DNA of 64,000 nt, taken from Ginglymostoma cirratum. Its lineage: Eukaryota. Position numbers and translations under genes: made by a program. Under the pieces are notes generated by a model that saw nothing but the letters and a program-made list of their open reading frames with translations, did not search any database and had not been told where the DNA came from. Position 1 is the first letter of the stretch. Each line of letters opens with the position of its first letter. Shown here one piece after another: positions 1-14,151 of the stretch. The stretch is from contig JAHRHZ010000012.1 in NCBI GenBank assembly GCA_024137785.1, positions 56,852,066-56,916,065 of the forward strand, in the 5' to 3' direction.

Positions 1-140
1 CCCCCTCTCTCCCTATTTATTTCAGAACCCTCTTCCCCTCCCCCATTTCTGATGAAGGGTTTAGGCCCGAAACATCAAGCTTTCCTGCTCCTATGATGCT
101 GCTTGACTTGCTGTGTTCATCCAGCCCCATGCTTGTTAAC
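1..140 (+). mobile_element. Penelope-like terminal repeat (subfamily A) with minimal hammerhead motif
   Basis: ctgatga-a-ggg-tttagg-ccc-gaaac at 49-73, followed by the tttcctgctcctatgatgctgc...ctgtgttcatccagc tail shared with many copies in the window; runs off the window start. Confidence 0.75.
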
Positions 141-266
141 CAGTGATGGTGATGGTGTTGTTTAGGACCTTATCTGTGAGGTGCACTTCCATGAGTATAA
201 TTATGTCAGGCTTTAAAATAAATCTTTTTTTTAATGATATCTGTATGAAGGATGCTTCAACTAGTA

Positions 267-486
267 GGGAAGCATGAGCTTAGTGGCATAGTCATTGGAC
301 TAGTAATCCAGAGACCCAGATAATGTTCTGGGGATCTAGGTTCCACTGTGGCAGATGGAATTAAAATTCTAAAGTCCTTCTAAAGTCAATGAAACCATTG
401 TCAATTGTTGGAAAAACCCAAGTGGTTCATTAATGCTGTTTAAGGAAGGAAATCTAATCTCCTTACTTGACTTAAATGTGACTCGT
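267..486 (+). mobile_element. tRNA-derived SINE, family S2 (working name)
   Basis: tagtggcatagtcattggactagtaatccagagaccc head and ggttcattaatg...aggaaggaaatct body; similar copies near 10.2, 22.7, 27.5-28.7, 36.5, 49.6-50.5 and 53.1 kb. Confidence 0.65.
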
Positions 487-3400
487 GATGACATTGACAA
501 AGGTTTCTTGTAGGGTGGTCTCCTCCTGTGCCACTCTCCAGAAAGAGGCCCTAATTCCTCCCTCTCATGTCTTCCACCAATACAAGCCTTAATTTCTCCT
601 GTGACATCTCAGTTCCTTCTGGTGCTGTGAAAGACTTTGACACCATCAGTGGGTTTCCCCCATAAAACAACCAGCAGCCTCAGGGAGCCCTAAACAGTCA
701 TACACTTCAACTGACCCATTCATCTCTGCCTCCAACACGTATGACTATCTCAAATTGGACAGAAAACTCACTTTCATGTCAACTAAGGGCTTGTTCTTGT
801 GGAAATCTGAACGTTAAATTAGTTTCTCCTCAGAAGCAGGTTTATGACCTGAAAACTAACATATCCTGTTTCCTGCTTTCATGGTGAAAATTGAAGTTCC
901 TGTTGATATCACAACATAGCTGAATCCATGCAGAGCATGGTTTATGTAAATAATAGCTTCACAAATCTGACAATCAGTAATCAGCAGCAAACTACAGTGA
1001 GCAAAGCAAAGCTAAAAGAACATAATAATAGAATATATGGAAACGTTTCCCATTCCTAACACATATTGTTCTTTAATGTCTTAAATAAGTAGCAATCAGT
1101 GAACAAATCAGTCTATTTTTGCAATTGACAAGATTTGCTGTAATTTCAAGGGCTGTTTAGTAATTGAATGAAAACAGGCTGTCTGTGCTTTGTTAACATT
1201 TGTTTGAAAGTCTGGCATTAATGCAGAATTTTGGTCCCACTCATTGATTGCCATAACTTGAATTTGCCTGGGGCTGCTAAAACAAACACTTGGGGCAAGA
1301 AATTGAGATTATGTCCAGCTGCTTTTTTCTCCATGTGTAACATTAATCTGATTCCAGCTGCGCTGTATTCAAGATTATACCCCCAGCTAACACTATTTCT
1401 TCCTCTCTCACAGTTGAACACTCATTCGCAAGCAGGGGGGTGCATCACCAGTACTATATTTAGGACCATCAATTGTTCTACAAGTGCTTGGTGCAATCTA
1501 TTGTTGTTTCAAGTTGCAAAAGTCTACAGAGTGTGCTGAAGAGATTTTCGTGACTTCAGGGTCTCGAAAAAAGCCAGTTCATCGATATAAATGCACTGGT
1601 AGACATTCCCTTTGAAGTGCACTATGATTTAGAGAATAAACAGAGAGGTCACATCAAGTAGGATAGCTGCTGGAAGTAGGTTGAACGTGAGTGAGGAAGA
1701 TCTCTCAGCAGATGTTCATATCTGCCTATGCTATTGAGGAGCAGGGCTGACGTGTCAGATACAGACATTTCAGTAAAGATGCCCTGACCAAAATCTATTG
1801 CTGTAGCCACAATTATATCCTCCAGTCGGGCTGAGGACTGTATTGTCAGTGACTGTGAAACTTGGGAGAGTGATTAATGGCTATGTACTTCTACCTGGCT
1901 GGAGTTGGAGATATTTGCACCTCCTATCACTTTGCCGTCAACTGTTGCGTAACAGACATCACTGTAGCTCTCCAAATGACAGCTAATTCATTTTAATCTC
2001 TCTTAGCAGTGAGAAGGTGCTTTTGCAAAGAATGCAGTCTTCCCAATTATCCCGGGTTCGTCGTGTAAGAATGCTGTGTGCATGAAATGTTCACAAACTG
2101 AAAGCTATTGTTACCAGGTAAAAACTCATACAGCAGACCATTCACATGCTGAAACATTGTGTCTACCTCCTGCATTCTAGAGAAACCTTCGCACAGTGGG
2201 TGTCAAGAATTATTGAGGTCTGCCGAATTCTGCCTCTGACTTGCCATAAGCTAAACGGTGAGCAGTTTGAGGAGGAGGAGGCAACCAGCCCAGGCTCTTT
2301 CTGCTTGGGATGTCATGGAGAACTCATCTGAGTCAGCAGTAACTGCAAGCCCGATTTGCCCATTCAGCAGCAGTCACTACCTGCCTTCCCTCTATCAGTG
2401 AATTCCCGTTTGTCTACAATTTAGAAATAAAAACAATAATGAATTAAATGTTCCAGACTAACGTTATGAATGAATTCATGTTATATTGCATACAAAAATC
2501 AGACTTAATTCTCACCAGCTGCACACAATTAAACAGTTAAGACATAATTACCCCTAATCACCAGTGTGCATTTCCTAAATGTCTCTTTTGTGTGTCTGTA
2601 GTTAAACTAGTGACTCTACATAGCTCTTCTCTAGTCGCGATAACAGGGCTTGCGAAAGGCTGCTTTTGCAGGATTACCTCAAACAACTCTGGTCCTAAAA
2701 GGCTTGACTGTATACTGTATCCTCTCAGCATGGATGGCACCCATCTCTCTGACAAGCAACAGCTAGGGACAGCTGGAGTGACAGGATAAATGTTGTCTTC
2801 CTGAGAGGGAACATCAGGGTTGTGCCGGATAGAACCACTGATACACTTTTGGTACGGTGTCTTAACAATTCTTGTAATCTGCTGGAGAACAGATCACTAG
2901 ACTGCTAAACCCTCCAAGTCCCATTGCAAAGTGCGATTCTCAGCCATGAGGGCAGTAGGCTGGGCTCGTATGGCAGCACACAGATATTGGTAGCTGCTAC
3001 TTCAATAGAAGCTGAGATTTTGACAATTAGATCACGGTTGGGTTCACATGCATGCAAATTGCATTGGCCACCTCTTTCATGCTGGGATTGAAGTGCAGAG
3101 TAAAACCCTGTGTCAATTTGCTCAAGGATTCTTTTTATGTTCCTGGGCAATGCACACAGTTCCTCTGGCAGCCCTGCCAATGCACCGAGCATTTAGTCAT
3201 CCGTGACTATTAGTTTTCTTCTGTACGCTGCCCTATTGAAGTGCTTATCTGAAGCTCCTGCAGCAGAATTCATGCACAGTCTCAAATCTCTCCAAGCTGG
3301 CATCTTACTCCCTTTTTGACTGAAGTCTACTCATTCCGTGTTTATCATGATGTGCAGATTCCACTTTGCTATAATCCGCTACACTATATGGTCTAACTGC

Positions 3401-3594
3401 CTGAGCTGTTAGTTCCCGGCATGAAATCAAGTGATGGCATTTCTCCGTCTTGTTGCTTTTCCACCACTGACTAGCTAGGCTGAGGTTGTTGAGTATCTGA
3501 AAGGACAAAGGCACAAGGCTAAACTGATGCGATGGAGGTGGAGTGGGGAGAATTGAGCAACTCACATAGTTCACTATCAACAGCCTCTAAATCA

Positions 3595-3890
3595 GAAGCA
3601 GAGTTCACAGTCCAAGGATACAAGATAGGCCACAAAGATGAGGAGAAATTTCTTCATGCAGAGAGTGATGATTTTGTTGAATTATTTGTCACAGAAAACA
3701 GTTGAGGCAAAAACATTGAATATTTTCAAGAAGGAGATAGATATAGATCTTAAGGCAAAAAGGATCAAAGATTATGAGCAAAAACAGGGACAGGGTATGA
3801 GTTGGATCATTAATGTGGTCAAATTGAATAGCAAAGCAGGCTCAAAGGACCCGATGGCCTAATGCTATTCCTATTTTCTATGTTGCCATG
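3595..3890 (+). mobile_element. CR1-clade LINE 3' end
   Basis: ORF 3638-3862 RRNFFMQRV...VEAKTLNIFKKEID resembles the CR1 ORF2 C-terminus; CR1-type tail gatggcct...ttctatg. Confidence 0.8.
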
Positions 3891-4233
3891 ACAGGAAGGT
3901 GGGATGTGAGAAAGAGAATCGGGTATGAGATTACTCTTATCTTCAATGGTTTTCACCTCATTGTTGACCATGGCTTCAGGAATAATTGTCCCATCTATGA
4001 CCTACTCTATTCTGTCCATGGGGTTGGATGGGAACAAGGTTAGGATGCTCAGATGGACTCAACCCTCTCTAGTTAACTGCTGACATTTCTGAGTGTGTGG
4101 AAATTTATCTTGCAAGAAAGAAGATGGTGCATGAGTGAATATTTTGTAATTTGTTCCTCATACTCAGATCGCTGGTAATCTGTGCAAGCTGTAAATAGTT
4201 GGTCTGAGACTCGCAGCAATGCTAAATATATAA

Positions 4234-4506
4234 GTGTGGTGTCTCAGTGGTTAGCACTACTGCCTTACAGCACCAGGGGCCCAGGTTCAATTCCACCCTC
4301 GGGTGACTGTCTGTATGGAGTTTGCACATTCTCCCTGTGTCTGTGTGGGTTTCCTCCCACAGTCTGAAGATGTGCAGGCTAGGTGGATTGGCCATGCTAA
4401 ATTGCCTGTAGTGTTTGGGGGGGATTGGTTTGGGTGGGATGATCCAAGGGTCAGTGTGGACTTGTTGGGCCAAAGGGCCTGTTTCCACACTGTGGGGATT
4501 CTATGA
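4234..4506 (+). mobile_element. HE1-like shark SINE
   Basis: A/B-box head (ctcagtggttagcact...ggttcaattcc), central tggagtttgcacattctccc...gattggccatgctaaattgcc, LINE-derived tail ttgggccaaagggcctgtttccacactg...gattctatga. Confidence 0.88.
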
Positions 4507-6143
4507 AATGTTAGACATGAGTCTTTTATGACAGGTTGTGGTGGTATATTTGAACCAGGTCTGGGGCTGATGACATAGTGGGTAGGGGAAGGCATATGAA
4601 GATGCATTCACTGACTCTGAGCCCTTGCATGAAATCATTGAACTTCTTGAAGCACTACATTCAAATCTTCAGGACTTGAGTCCTAACATTGACCAGTACA
4701 ATTATTATTTTCTGAGTCTTCTATCTTTACAGGGATTAGAACATTCCGGACTTATAAAATTCACTGGACCCAACCTCTGATTATATCAGCAGCATACCCT
4801 CCAGCACAATCCTACAGAAGGTGGCCAATTAACAATGTGACAGGAAAGGCAGGAGAGTAAGGTGACAATGTGATTAAGGGCACTGTATTTAAAGGGACAT
4901 TACCAAGCTGTACAATAGAAATCCCATGTTGAGTAAAGGTCAAGTCCCTCAAAAATCATCATCAATTGCTTATATTCACTCTCTTACTGTCAATAATAAA
5001 GTAACCTTTTCATTGAGTATAATTTGCTTTGAGCAATTTTTGTCTGTCTCAGGTTTCCAGCTGATTTATGCTGAAGTTAGTTCTACTGGCATATCATTAC
5101 TGAGGGAGAACATAGTACTGATTATTTTCTCCTAGTCTTCTCTGGGAAGAGAATCTATCCAACAGACTATCCCAGACTAATTCTCATGATCTTCTCTGTT
5201 TCTCTTCACTTGCCTCTATCTACAGTTATAGATCCTTCTTTGACTACATGTTTGACCTCTTATACTTCAATACATTCTGTATTCATTTCGATAAGGTCCT
5301 TCAGCTTTGTCTCTGCAGGATTTATATTAGTCTTCCATATTCTTTGGTTCTGATTAATTTGTTAATTCCTTTAGATATTTTCTGCGTCTTCCTCTTTTGT
5401 TCCTTTGTTGATTTGAATGTCTGTCAGTCACAAACAAGTTTGATTCCTCTCTGTGGTATTTCCTTCTTGGAGCTGATCTCCTGACACTTTGTGAGACCTA
5501 TGTAATCTTCAGAAAATGTGGCTGCTTTGTGGAATAGGTGATAATTGTACATTTGATTACCTGAATTGATCTCTTAGTTAGCAATTGCTGCTGAGAGTAC
5601 AATACCAGTATGAGTGCACAAAAAAGTGAGCATTTAGAGGACCGAAACCCTGTGCTTCTCTTTCAGAATTTCTATGGCCCCAAAGCCACTAACATTGGGC
5701 TGGGAAGATTTTAGCCAGGATATTTCTCCCTCCTCTCTCCCTGCAAGGCCTCCAGTCAGAAAAGTTTCGGGTTCATTGACATGTAGTATGGTTTAGCGTT
5801 TCAGTGGTCAGATTCACTTCCGAAACTACAGCGACCATCTCCTTCAGCCAGTGTGCAGTTTCCATTTAATCTGTGGAGGCTAGCTGTAAGTGGTGCTAGC
5901 TATTCATGGTATTGTACTGTTGCCGACATGTAATTATTCAGCAACACAGTTAGTACTGGCTGAATATTGAGTCAAGCAGACTGAACAGTCTGGGTCCTAT
6001 TGAATTTAACCTCTGCATCTAATCCATATTTGAATAAAAGAATTTTTGTGAAGCAGCACATGCGTGTTTCTCCTACCACTGCCGCTGAAGACATGGACCA
6101 TCCTGACCGACACATAGCAACTTGTTGTTGCTTAGGGATCAAG

Positions 6144-6272
6144 ATAGAAGATGCACAGGTTAACACACTTGAGGAAAGCCTGGCAGAGGAAGTCCAGAGG
6201 ACGCAGGATATCCTGTAGCTGGACTCCCACTGCCAGGTTTCCATCTTGTTTCTTAACCTGTGCATCTTCTAT
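6144..6272. repeat. 129-bp fold-back palindrome
   Basis: atagaagatgcacaggttaa (6144-6163) is the exact reverse complement of 6253-6272; inner arms pair imperfectly; centre caggatatcctg (6204-6215). Confidence 0.9.
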
Positions 6273-8510
6273 AGGTGATGGACTCCAGATCACCCTTCAG
6301 TTTCTCTCCTTCTTCTACAGCAACCAGCATTGCTCTGTGTCTCACCTTATGTCTTCCTTCCATTTCTCATTCAGATTAAAGCGGACCTCTAGCACAATGC
6401 CCATGGGCATGTATTTTCTTTCTCACAGTGACTTCGCCAAGGCACCCAATAATGTGAAGTGGCATGACACCTAACATGTTGCTCAAGTGTTGATGAAGCC
6501 TTCATTGTCCCAGGAAAATTCTCAAAGCATTTCAGATGTGCTATTCATAGCTTCAGCAGTAAGTGAACACAAAATGATGACAACGGTTTTTCAGTAGAAC
6601 TGGAAAACCTCATCACACTTATTTGTTACAAAATAAGTGGCAGTTGTTGGAAAGAACATTAATCATCTTCTTAATAATCACAAACAGGCATTTTAGCTGT
6701 AATCAATTCTTAACAAATCTATGTATTCATTCCTAGCACGCACTTCAATTTCTTTCCTATAATAGTGTCTTGCACTAAATACAGGCAAAACTAGGATTGC
6801 AGTACAAGTCCTATCTTAGCCATCTCAGAAGATCTTTAGTATCTGATCAAACTGCTGAAAATTGCTTTCTTGAAGCTTTATTCATCAAATCCCAGTCCTG
6901 TACTTTGCACAATATTGCTATTTTTTCCATGCAACAAACACATTTCCCATCCCTATCTCAGCAATCTCTGTGAAGTAATTCAATTTTTTTGCAAAAACCA
7001 TACTTTACTAGATGTCACTGATGACCTAACTGGGAGTACATTACAAACAAGCAACCAAATGACAGCTCAGTCTCTGAGGGGATTACATTTTTCATAGGCA
7101 AAGAGATCTGGGTTATTTTACGTTATTTTGTTGAAATTAAAGCAAGTCTTGACTTCTGCCATACGCTCACAATTCATAAGCAACTAATATTACCTAGAGA
7201 GTTGAAAAATATAAATTTAAAAATGAGAACGCTGAAGCTGCTTCAGTGCCTACTTTGGTTCCAGTTTTGTTTTAATATTTGCCATCTCAAGGGTGAGCTA
7301 ACTTCTCTTTATTGCTCTGACATTTTCCAACCAACCAAATAATTTTTCTCTCATGGCTGTTTTGGTTCAGGAAGATAATGCTTTTAACTTCCAGAAGGGC
7401 TGTTAAAGCGCTATGGGGTAAAGGGTATTTCTGTGTCACCACTTCACTAACATGTACGGTGCCCAGTTGTTTCTAGCCCAAGCTACATGGCACGTGCTGT
7501 TGGGAATGCCATCCATGTCAGTGTCACCTGCATGCACTGGAAGAATGGGAGATTTCTCATAATTTGACAACACATAGTCATATTGTATCCACACTTTCCT
7601 TGCCTATGCAAAATATGTCACCAATTAACAGAACAAGGGACTGCCAGTCTGGCCCTGGCAAGAGTCTGGATTTACCTGGGACTGGGGATATCCCATGGTT
7701 CCTCTTCTGCCTGGGAACCATTTCCCTCGGTAGTACAGAACTTGAGTATTACTGAGAAAAGTACGTATATGATGCCAGATACATGGGTCATACATCCCAG
7801 CAACTGATGAATTGGATCAATCAGCGTGTCATTTTGGCTGTTTAATTTATTAAAAATTGATCATAATTGAATGAAAAATGAACTAAACTGTTGCATAAGA
7901 TATAAAAAGCTAACATTTACATGTTTCATTAAGTTAACTTATTTTTACCTTTTTTTGACTTAATTAAATAGCTTACTTTACAGGTTGATAAAAATAAATT
8001 AAACTTACTCCTGCAAAGTTCCTTGTACTGCAATATCACTGTCATTTTCTATTCTTCCCACTTGGATCACAGACTCACGGAAAGAAACATCCAATTCTCA
8101 CCATTTCAATCTCCACCTTGATCTCTCACCACACTAATTTGAAAGACATAACCCCCACTATGCTATGAAAGTCTTAGATCTAAAACCCCAAAATCCACAG
8201 ACATGACTGTGAATTCTACAATATGAATAGCATAACTTCAACACAACACAGAGGTAAGCTATCCACATATTGATTGTAACTTTGCAGACACATGAGCCAG
8301 CTGAACATTTGGTTCCTTTAAAAGACTGGAAGTGACTCTCTCAAACAATGGCACAAGGTTACTGCCAGCACATAATGTAATTAAGAAACTTGAAAAGATA
8401 TTCTGATAAAAAATGGTACAGAAGAAGCATACATCAATCCTGCAGACAAATATTGCACACCGTGGGCTAAAAATTATAATGTTTTCTTATGGAAACAATA
8501 CCACTTCTGT

Positions 8511-8613
8511 CCAAAACAAAAACAGGAATTGCGGAGAAACTCTGCAGGCCTGGCAGCACCTGTGGACAGAAAGCAGAGTTAACGTTTCAGGTCCAATGAC
8601 CCTTCTTCAGAAC
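8511..8613 (-). mobile_element. Penelope-like terminal repeat (subfamily B) with intact hammerhead core
   Basis: minus strand reads gtt-ctgaaga-a-gggtc-attg-gacct-gaaacgtt-aac. Confidence 0.75.
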
Positions 8614-10169
8614 TTTCTGGTATTATTTGTTTGATTTTCATGTCTGTCCAGGTAGACCAGGGAGTGGAATAAACAAAAGAGATGTTAAACACCAGACAAT
8701 TCAGCAAGATGGCAACATGAGATGTATTTGTGACATTGTGATATGAATCATCATTGTAAAAGGAGGATGCCACTAAAGTGTGGTTATTGTCTACAAGAGA
8801 AGAAATATGGAGAGCAGTGATATCTGGATCAGACCAGTAGTCAACAATGCAATGATTTTCAATCAAATTGTAGAGGAGTTTGTACTAGGGGTGTTTTCAC
8901 TTTGTAGTCAAGTTGAATGATTAAAGCTGTGGTAAATCATTAAGCTCCAGTCAAGCTTGTGTTTTGTTGGTGGTATGTGTTAATTCAGACAAACTGCAGG
9001 AGAACTGCCACTGTGATAGGGTTAGGATTAGAGTTGGAAAAATGCTGAAAGAGTTTTGTGAGTGCATTAAAAAATAAATCTAAGGTTCAGCCAAGCTCTG
9101 TCTTGTACATTTTGTTCTTACAATTCCTGAATTCCTAGAATGGTCATAAGAGGAAAATGGGATTGGAACTTACTCACAAATCCTGGTCTCACCCTCACTG
9201 AGTGCTGCGTTCCAGCACTACAACCTTGACCATGCGCTGCTTGACCACTCCACTCTTTGCCTGATATAGTGCCCCATATGGAACGGATGTCATTGAGGGG
9301 GATGAGCTTCTTCCTGCCTGAAGTATGAGCATGATGACTTTCTGGGCACCATGCCCGTTCCTGACTACTCCTCTCATTAGCCTGCATATTGAGAGCAGCT
9401 TGAATATTGACCTTAACTAACCATTAACTGCCTCCTAAAGAGCGTCATTTAGCTCAATTTGAGTAAGATTAGTGCGTTGGCCTAGGTCATATAAAATTAC
9501 ATGTGGGCAGGTGGGTGGAGGGAAGTACTTTGAGGAATGTTATGGACCTAGCCCAACTCTAAACCCTCTCACGGGGGATTGTAGCCATGAGTGGACTTCC
9601 AGACCCAGTGGCATTGCAGTATCTGATGGGCCATCTCTCAGCTCCCATGACAGCACAAGCAGCAGCAATGAAATATCAGAAAGCTGCAGTGTAAACTTGG
9701 ACGGAGGCCATGGAATTTTGGTTTGTTTCTTGCCATGTTAGGCAAAAGGGCTCCAGCTGTTGCCATTATGACTATGGATCCTAGGATTTAAGGGAGATTT
9801 CAGGATTTTTACAGCACTCCAGTGATCTGTCCTCCAGCAAATTACTAGGATTATTGAGATACCACAGGGGAACTGCTGGTTGTTCCATGTTTCCTAAGCT
9901 TGTTATCCCAGACAGTACTCATGTTGCTTCTAAACAACAGTGATGTTGCTGTTCACAGAAGGCAAGGAATCCAAAGAACCCAAATCCAAAAATCCAAGTT
10001 GTACTGTATCCAATATTCCATGAAGTCAGAATGGTTGCTTCATGCTTTAGGATTGCAGCCCAGAGGGTGTTCTGATGAATTGTAAAAGAGGAATGGAAAG
10101 GCGGAACAATGGGGATCCGCAGTTATCTTTTGGAAAATCTGAGTATGTTGATGCACTCAGTGAACTGAG

Positions 10170-10441
10170 CACCATAGGCCGTTTTATAGTCAACATGTCT
10201 TCAAGGATCTGGAATCATCTGTGGGCCAGAACAGGCAAAGATGGGAGATCTCTGCCCCTGAAAGCCATTAATGATTTTTACAGCAATCCAGTATTTTCAC
10301 AGTCATAATTGCTGAGATTAGCTTTTTAACCCAGATTTATTTATTAATTGAATTTCAGCCCCTAGCATTCTGTTTTGAGATTTGAACATGGTTCAGGTTT
10401 TTGGATTACTAGCCTAATAGTATCAGCACTAACCATCATCC
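10170..10441 (-). mobile_element. tRNA-derived SINE, family S2
   Basis: reverse-complement similarity to 267-486 (tggattactag; ggccagaacaggcaaagatgggagat). Confidence 0.6.
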
Positions 10442-12820
10442 TTCTTAGTGATGAAAAATCCATCATGGAAATGGCTTTGTGATGGCCAGCTTGTGGAGGA
10501 TGTTCACTCTGGCAACTACTGGAAGCCTCTGCCAAGTGGTCCAGGCAGTGGCCCATTCATTGACATTCTTGTGGTAGCATGGTTTTCTCTCTGTCAGGTC
10601 ATACACTGTGAAGCTATAAAAAGGAATCATCAGCCAGGCATAGAGTAGATCAACTCCATCGCTGAGCAGTACCCTCTGGTTCAATGCAGTAGCTGGAAGA
10701 TTGCTCAAATAGCAAACTGGCGCAAGATGGGCAGCTGCCAAGATTCCTGCCAAGATTGCGGGCAATTCACCAATAAGATAAACTAACCTTAGCCATGCAT
10801 TTACTGAGCTGTAACACTTACAGTTTCAGTACCTCTTACTATTGAGATGTGGCACTCAATGCCGTGTGTGTACAGCCAATGGAACTCTCCATTATGGGTA
10901 TCCTACTATCTCAGTAAAATCATATGTGCAATCCTCCAGCTTTTCTTTGCTTAAAGAAAATATAATGAAGGCTCTTGTCCTTGTGTACAAAAGCTCCTGC
11001 AGCCTCTCAGATGCAGCAATGGATGAAAAGCTGCAATACATTTGCTCTGCTTCCTGCTTCAGCCTGGAAGGATCCACTGGCATTAATTCAAATCAATAGT
11101 CCCTGATAAGCTGACCTCAGTTATTGCGTTGAGGCTGCGAGTCTGGTTTCATTCCTTTGAGTACCTCCTCACTGAAGCACAACAATCAAACACACTGTGT
11201 CTGAGTTAGATCCAAGCCAGAGAAGTACTCACTGAAATCCTTTGGTGGATGAGGCTTCCTGCTTCTCACCTCCATCTGTCCACTTTGGGCTGAACAATAC
11301 AAGAAATTGGCTAAGTATCAATTACGGCGCATTTCAGAGAGGGGCTTTCTCTATTATGTCAAATGGCATTTCTCAATGTATGTTCTGAAATTTACCTCAT
11401 TAGCTATGCATGCACCTAACTGGCACCTCTCATTGTATCTCCTCTCTCTTCAGAAGCAGAAGGACTCATCACTAATGGGAATGCCCCAGATTCCCAATGC
11501 TGGTGCCATATTCAAAGTGCAATTGTGCACAGATCCCCAAACTCACATTGAACCAAGCACCTGATTCACCTTGGCCAACCCACTGAACTGGAATTGGGCT
11601 AGGCCCTTGTCTAACTGTAGTGGCATCCACAATTGATTGACTAGAGTCCCCCCTCCCTCAACTAAACACCTAGCACAAGCATAAAAAGCCTAGCTGTTCT
11701 CCAGCTACAATGCTTCAGGAACAATATGGTCATTGATCACGGAGGGACCTTGTGCAGAGGAAGCAGGTCCATGTATGGAAAAGCTAGATGGTCATCTCAA
11801 TCATTCCACAAACTTCAACGGGCACTGATAAGACAAGTCAACAAGTATTTGCTCTGCTTCATCTGTTGGGTTTTCATTATATTGAGTTTTTCAATCATGG
11901 TTGCAGGGACGTTCAGACATACAATTCATTAGGCAGCTTAGGGTATTAATGAGATGTAAATCAATGGAAATAAGCTCATCACCACACCAAAGTGACGTTG
12001 TGAACTTGTTACCTGAGCCTTGTGTCATAACCTTGTGAGAGATTTCCTTGATGTTGAGAATTTGACCTTTTTTCCTCTTGCCCTATTAAACCATCTCACA
12101 TTCCAGCAGTCTTGGCACTACCAGGAGGGGAAAATTGCACCCACAGGTGCTATGTCCATGATTCAGCACCAGACACTCTCTCCACGTTATTCAGCATCAC
12201 TATCAGATAAAAAGAATGTGAGAATTAACTCCCATTCGAAATGGGCTTTAACCTACTTCCTAAGGCAAAGCCACATGGCAAGAAGGTGTTCCTAATCTGG
12301 GAAGCTCATTATTTAGAAGGGTGATAAAGATGGATGGTACAAAATAATTGAAAAATTACACGGGATGCTCTTCTGAGGAACCAGCTACATTCATGTTGTC
12401 AGACATAACTGGGGCAGACTTACATTGTATCTTCCCCAGTGTGATTTTAACACAGTGATTGTGGTAGAAAGTAGCACTGAGAATACCATTGGTTTGTATC
12501 ATATTCCCCAATAAATGCATTAGAATTAGTAAAAAATTAATAGAAAGTATCTTTAATAAGAACTCTTAAGTTTTTACTAAAAGGTAATCGAAAGGAGCTC
12601 ATGCATAATAGAGGAACATAAATCACAAAAGGCAGCTGAATTCCAGTTCAGATCTGGAGATGTTTACTTCCAACAGGAATGGTTTTAGAATAACAATGCA
12701 GGACTGACGGTTTTCAATATTACAGAAAAGTTTACTTCTGCACAACATATTTGGTGTGACTACTGCAATCTGTTTATTCAGCAGAAGAGGGTAGCCTAGG
12801 AATATTTAGAGCATATATTA

Positions 12821-13135
12821 GGTGTGGCACAGTGGTTAGCAGTGCTGCCACACAGCACCAGGGACCTGGGTTCAATTCTACCCTTAGGCAACTGTCTGTG
12901 TGGAGTTTGCACATTCTTCCTGTCTCTGTGCGGGTTTCCTGCGGGTGCTCCAGTTTCCTCTCACAGTCCAAAAGATGCACAGGCTGGGTGGATTGGCCAT
13001 GTTAAATTGCCCACAGTGTTTGGGGATGTGTAGATTAGGTGGGTTATGAGGGATGGGTCTTGGTGGGATGCTCTGAGGGGTGGTGTGGACTTGTTGGGCC
13101 GAAGGGCCTGTTTCCACACTGTAGGGATTCTATGA
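12821..13135 (+). mobile_element. HE1-like shark SINE
   Basis: same head, body and tail as 4234-4506. Confidence 0.9.
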
Positions 13136-13508
13136 TCTATATACAACACATGGCACATGAGATGATACACCAGATACTAACAGATGTAGTTCATATGAGC
13201 GAATTGAATTGTCACATCAGAAATAACACATGAGTAGTTTTGGGATCCCTGGAGAATCTATGACAGTTGATGCCATGTGATCAGGAGCACAGTTAGATAT
13301 TAATGTTGCACTATCTCTGGCCAGCAATGGTCCACACCTGGGAGGGAAATACAATTGATTGAAGTAAGTGGAAATGAAAATCATGAAGGATGTATAATAG
13401 CAGCTGATCAAGTTGCATTAGCCATATGCTTACACCAAAGGTGAAAGCTCAGCCTACAGCCCTCAGCTTCAGGTATTCACTGACTCGCCATATATTCGCA
13501 GGTTTCAG

Positions 13509-14110
13509 TCATAGAGATCTACATCACAGGAAAAGGCCATTCAGTCCATTGAGTCTGCGCCAGTCAAAACAACCACCTTAACTAAGTACTTTTCCAGCAC
13601 TCAACCCATAGTCTTAAATGCCTTGACATTATACTTCCTAAATATTATGAGAGTTTCTTCCTCTACCACTCTTATAGGCAGTAAGTTCCAGATTCCCACC
13701 ACCCTTTTATTTCTTTTTTCCTCATAGTCCCTTTAAACCTCTTGCTCTTTACCTCAAATCTATGCCTCATGATCATTGACCCCTCCACCACAGCAATTAT
13801 GCCTCTCATAATTTTGTACATCTCAAACAGGACCCCCTCAGTCTCCTCCGCTTAAAGGGAAACACACCAGTTTATCCAATCTTTCTTCGTAACAAAACTG
13901 TCCAGCCTATGCAATATCCTGGTAAATCTCCCCTGTACCATCTCCAATGCAATCATTTCCCTCCTGCAATGTGGATTCCAAAACTACACACAAAACTCTA
14001 GCTGTGGCTGAGGTAACTTTCCTTACGGTTCCAGAATAACGTCCTTGATCTTAAACTCTGCACCTTGGCTAATAAAGGCAAGTATCCCATATGACTTCTT
14101 AGCCACTCTG
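13509..14110 (-). mobile_element. CR1-clade LINE 3' fragment
   Basis: reverse CR1 tail (aaaggccattcagtccattgagtctg) then degenerate ORF2 3' sequence (gttccagattcccaccaccct; ccaaaactacacacaaaactctagctgtgg). Confidence 0.75.
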
Positions 14111-14151
14111 GTGGGAATTATCAAGTTATTCACCACTGAATTAGGAGTTAG

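Noticed and set aside
2007-2117. Plus-strand AG...GT exon candidate
   Set aside because: Stop codons in all three frames
4234-4310. tRNA gene (also 12821, 14152, 20133, 35730, 51087)
   Set aside because: A/B boxes continue into SINE bodies; no intact cloverleaf seen
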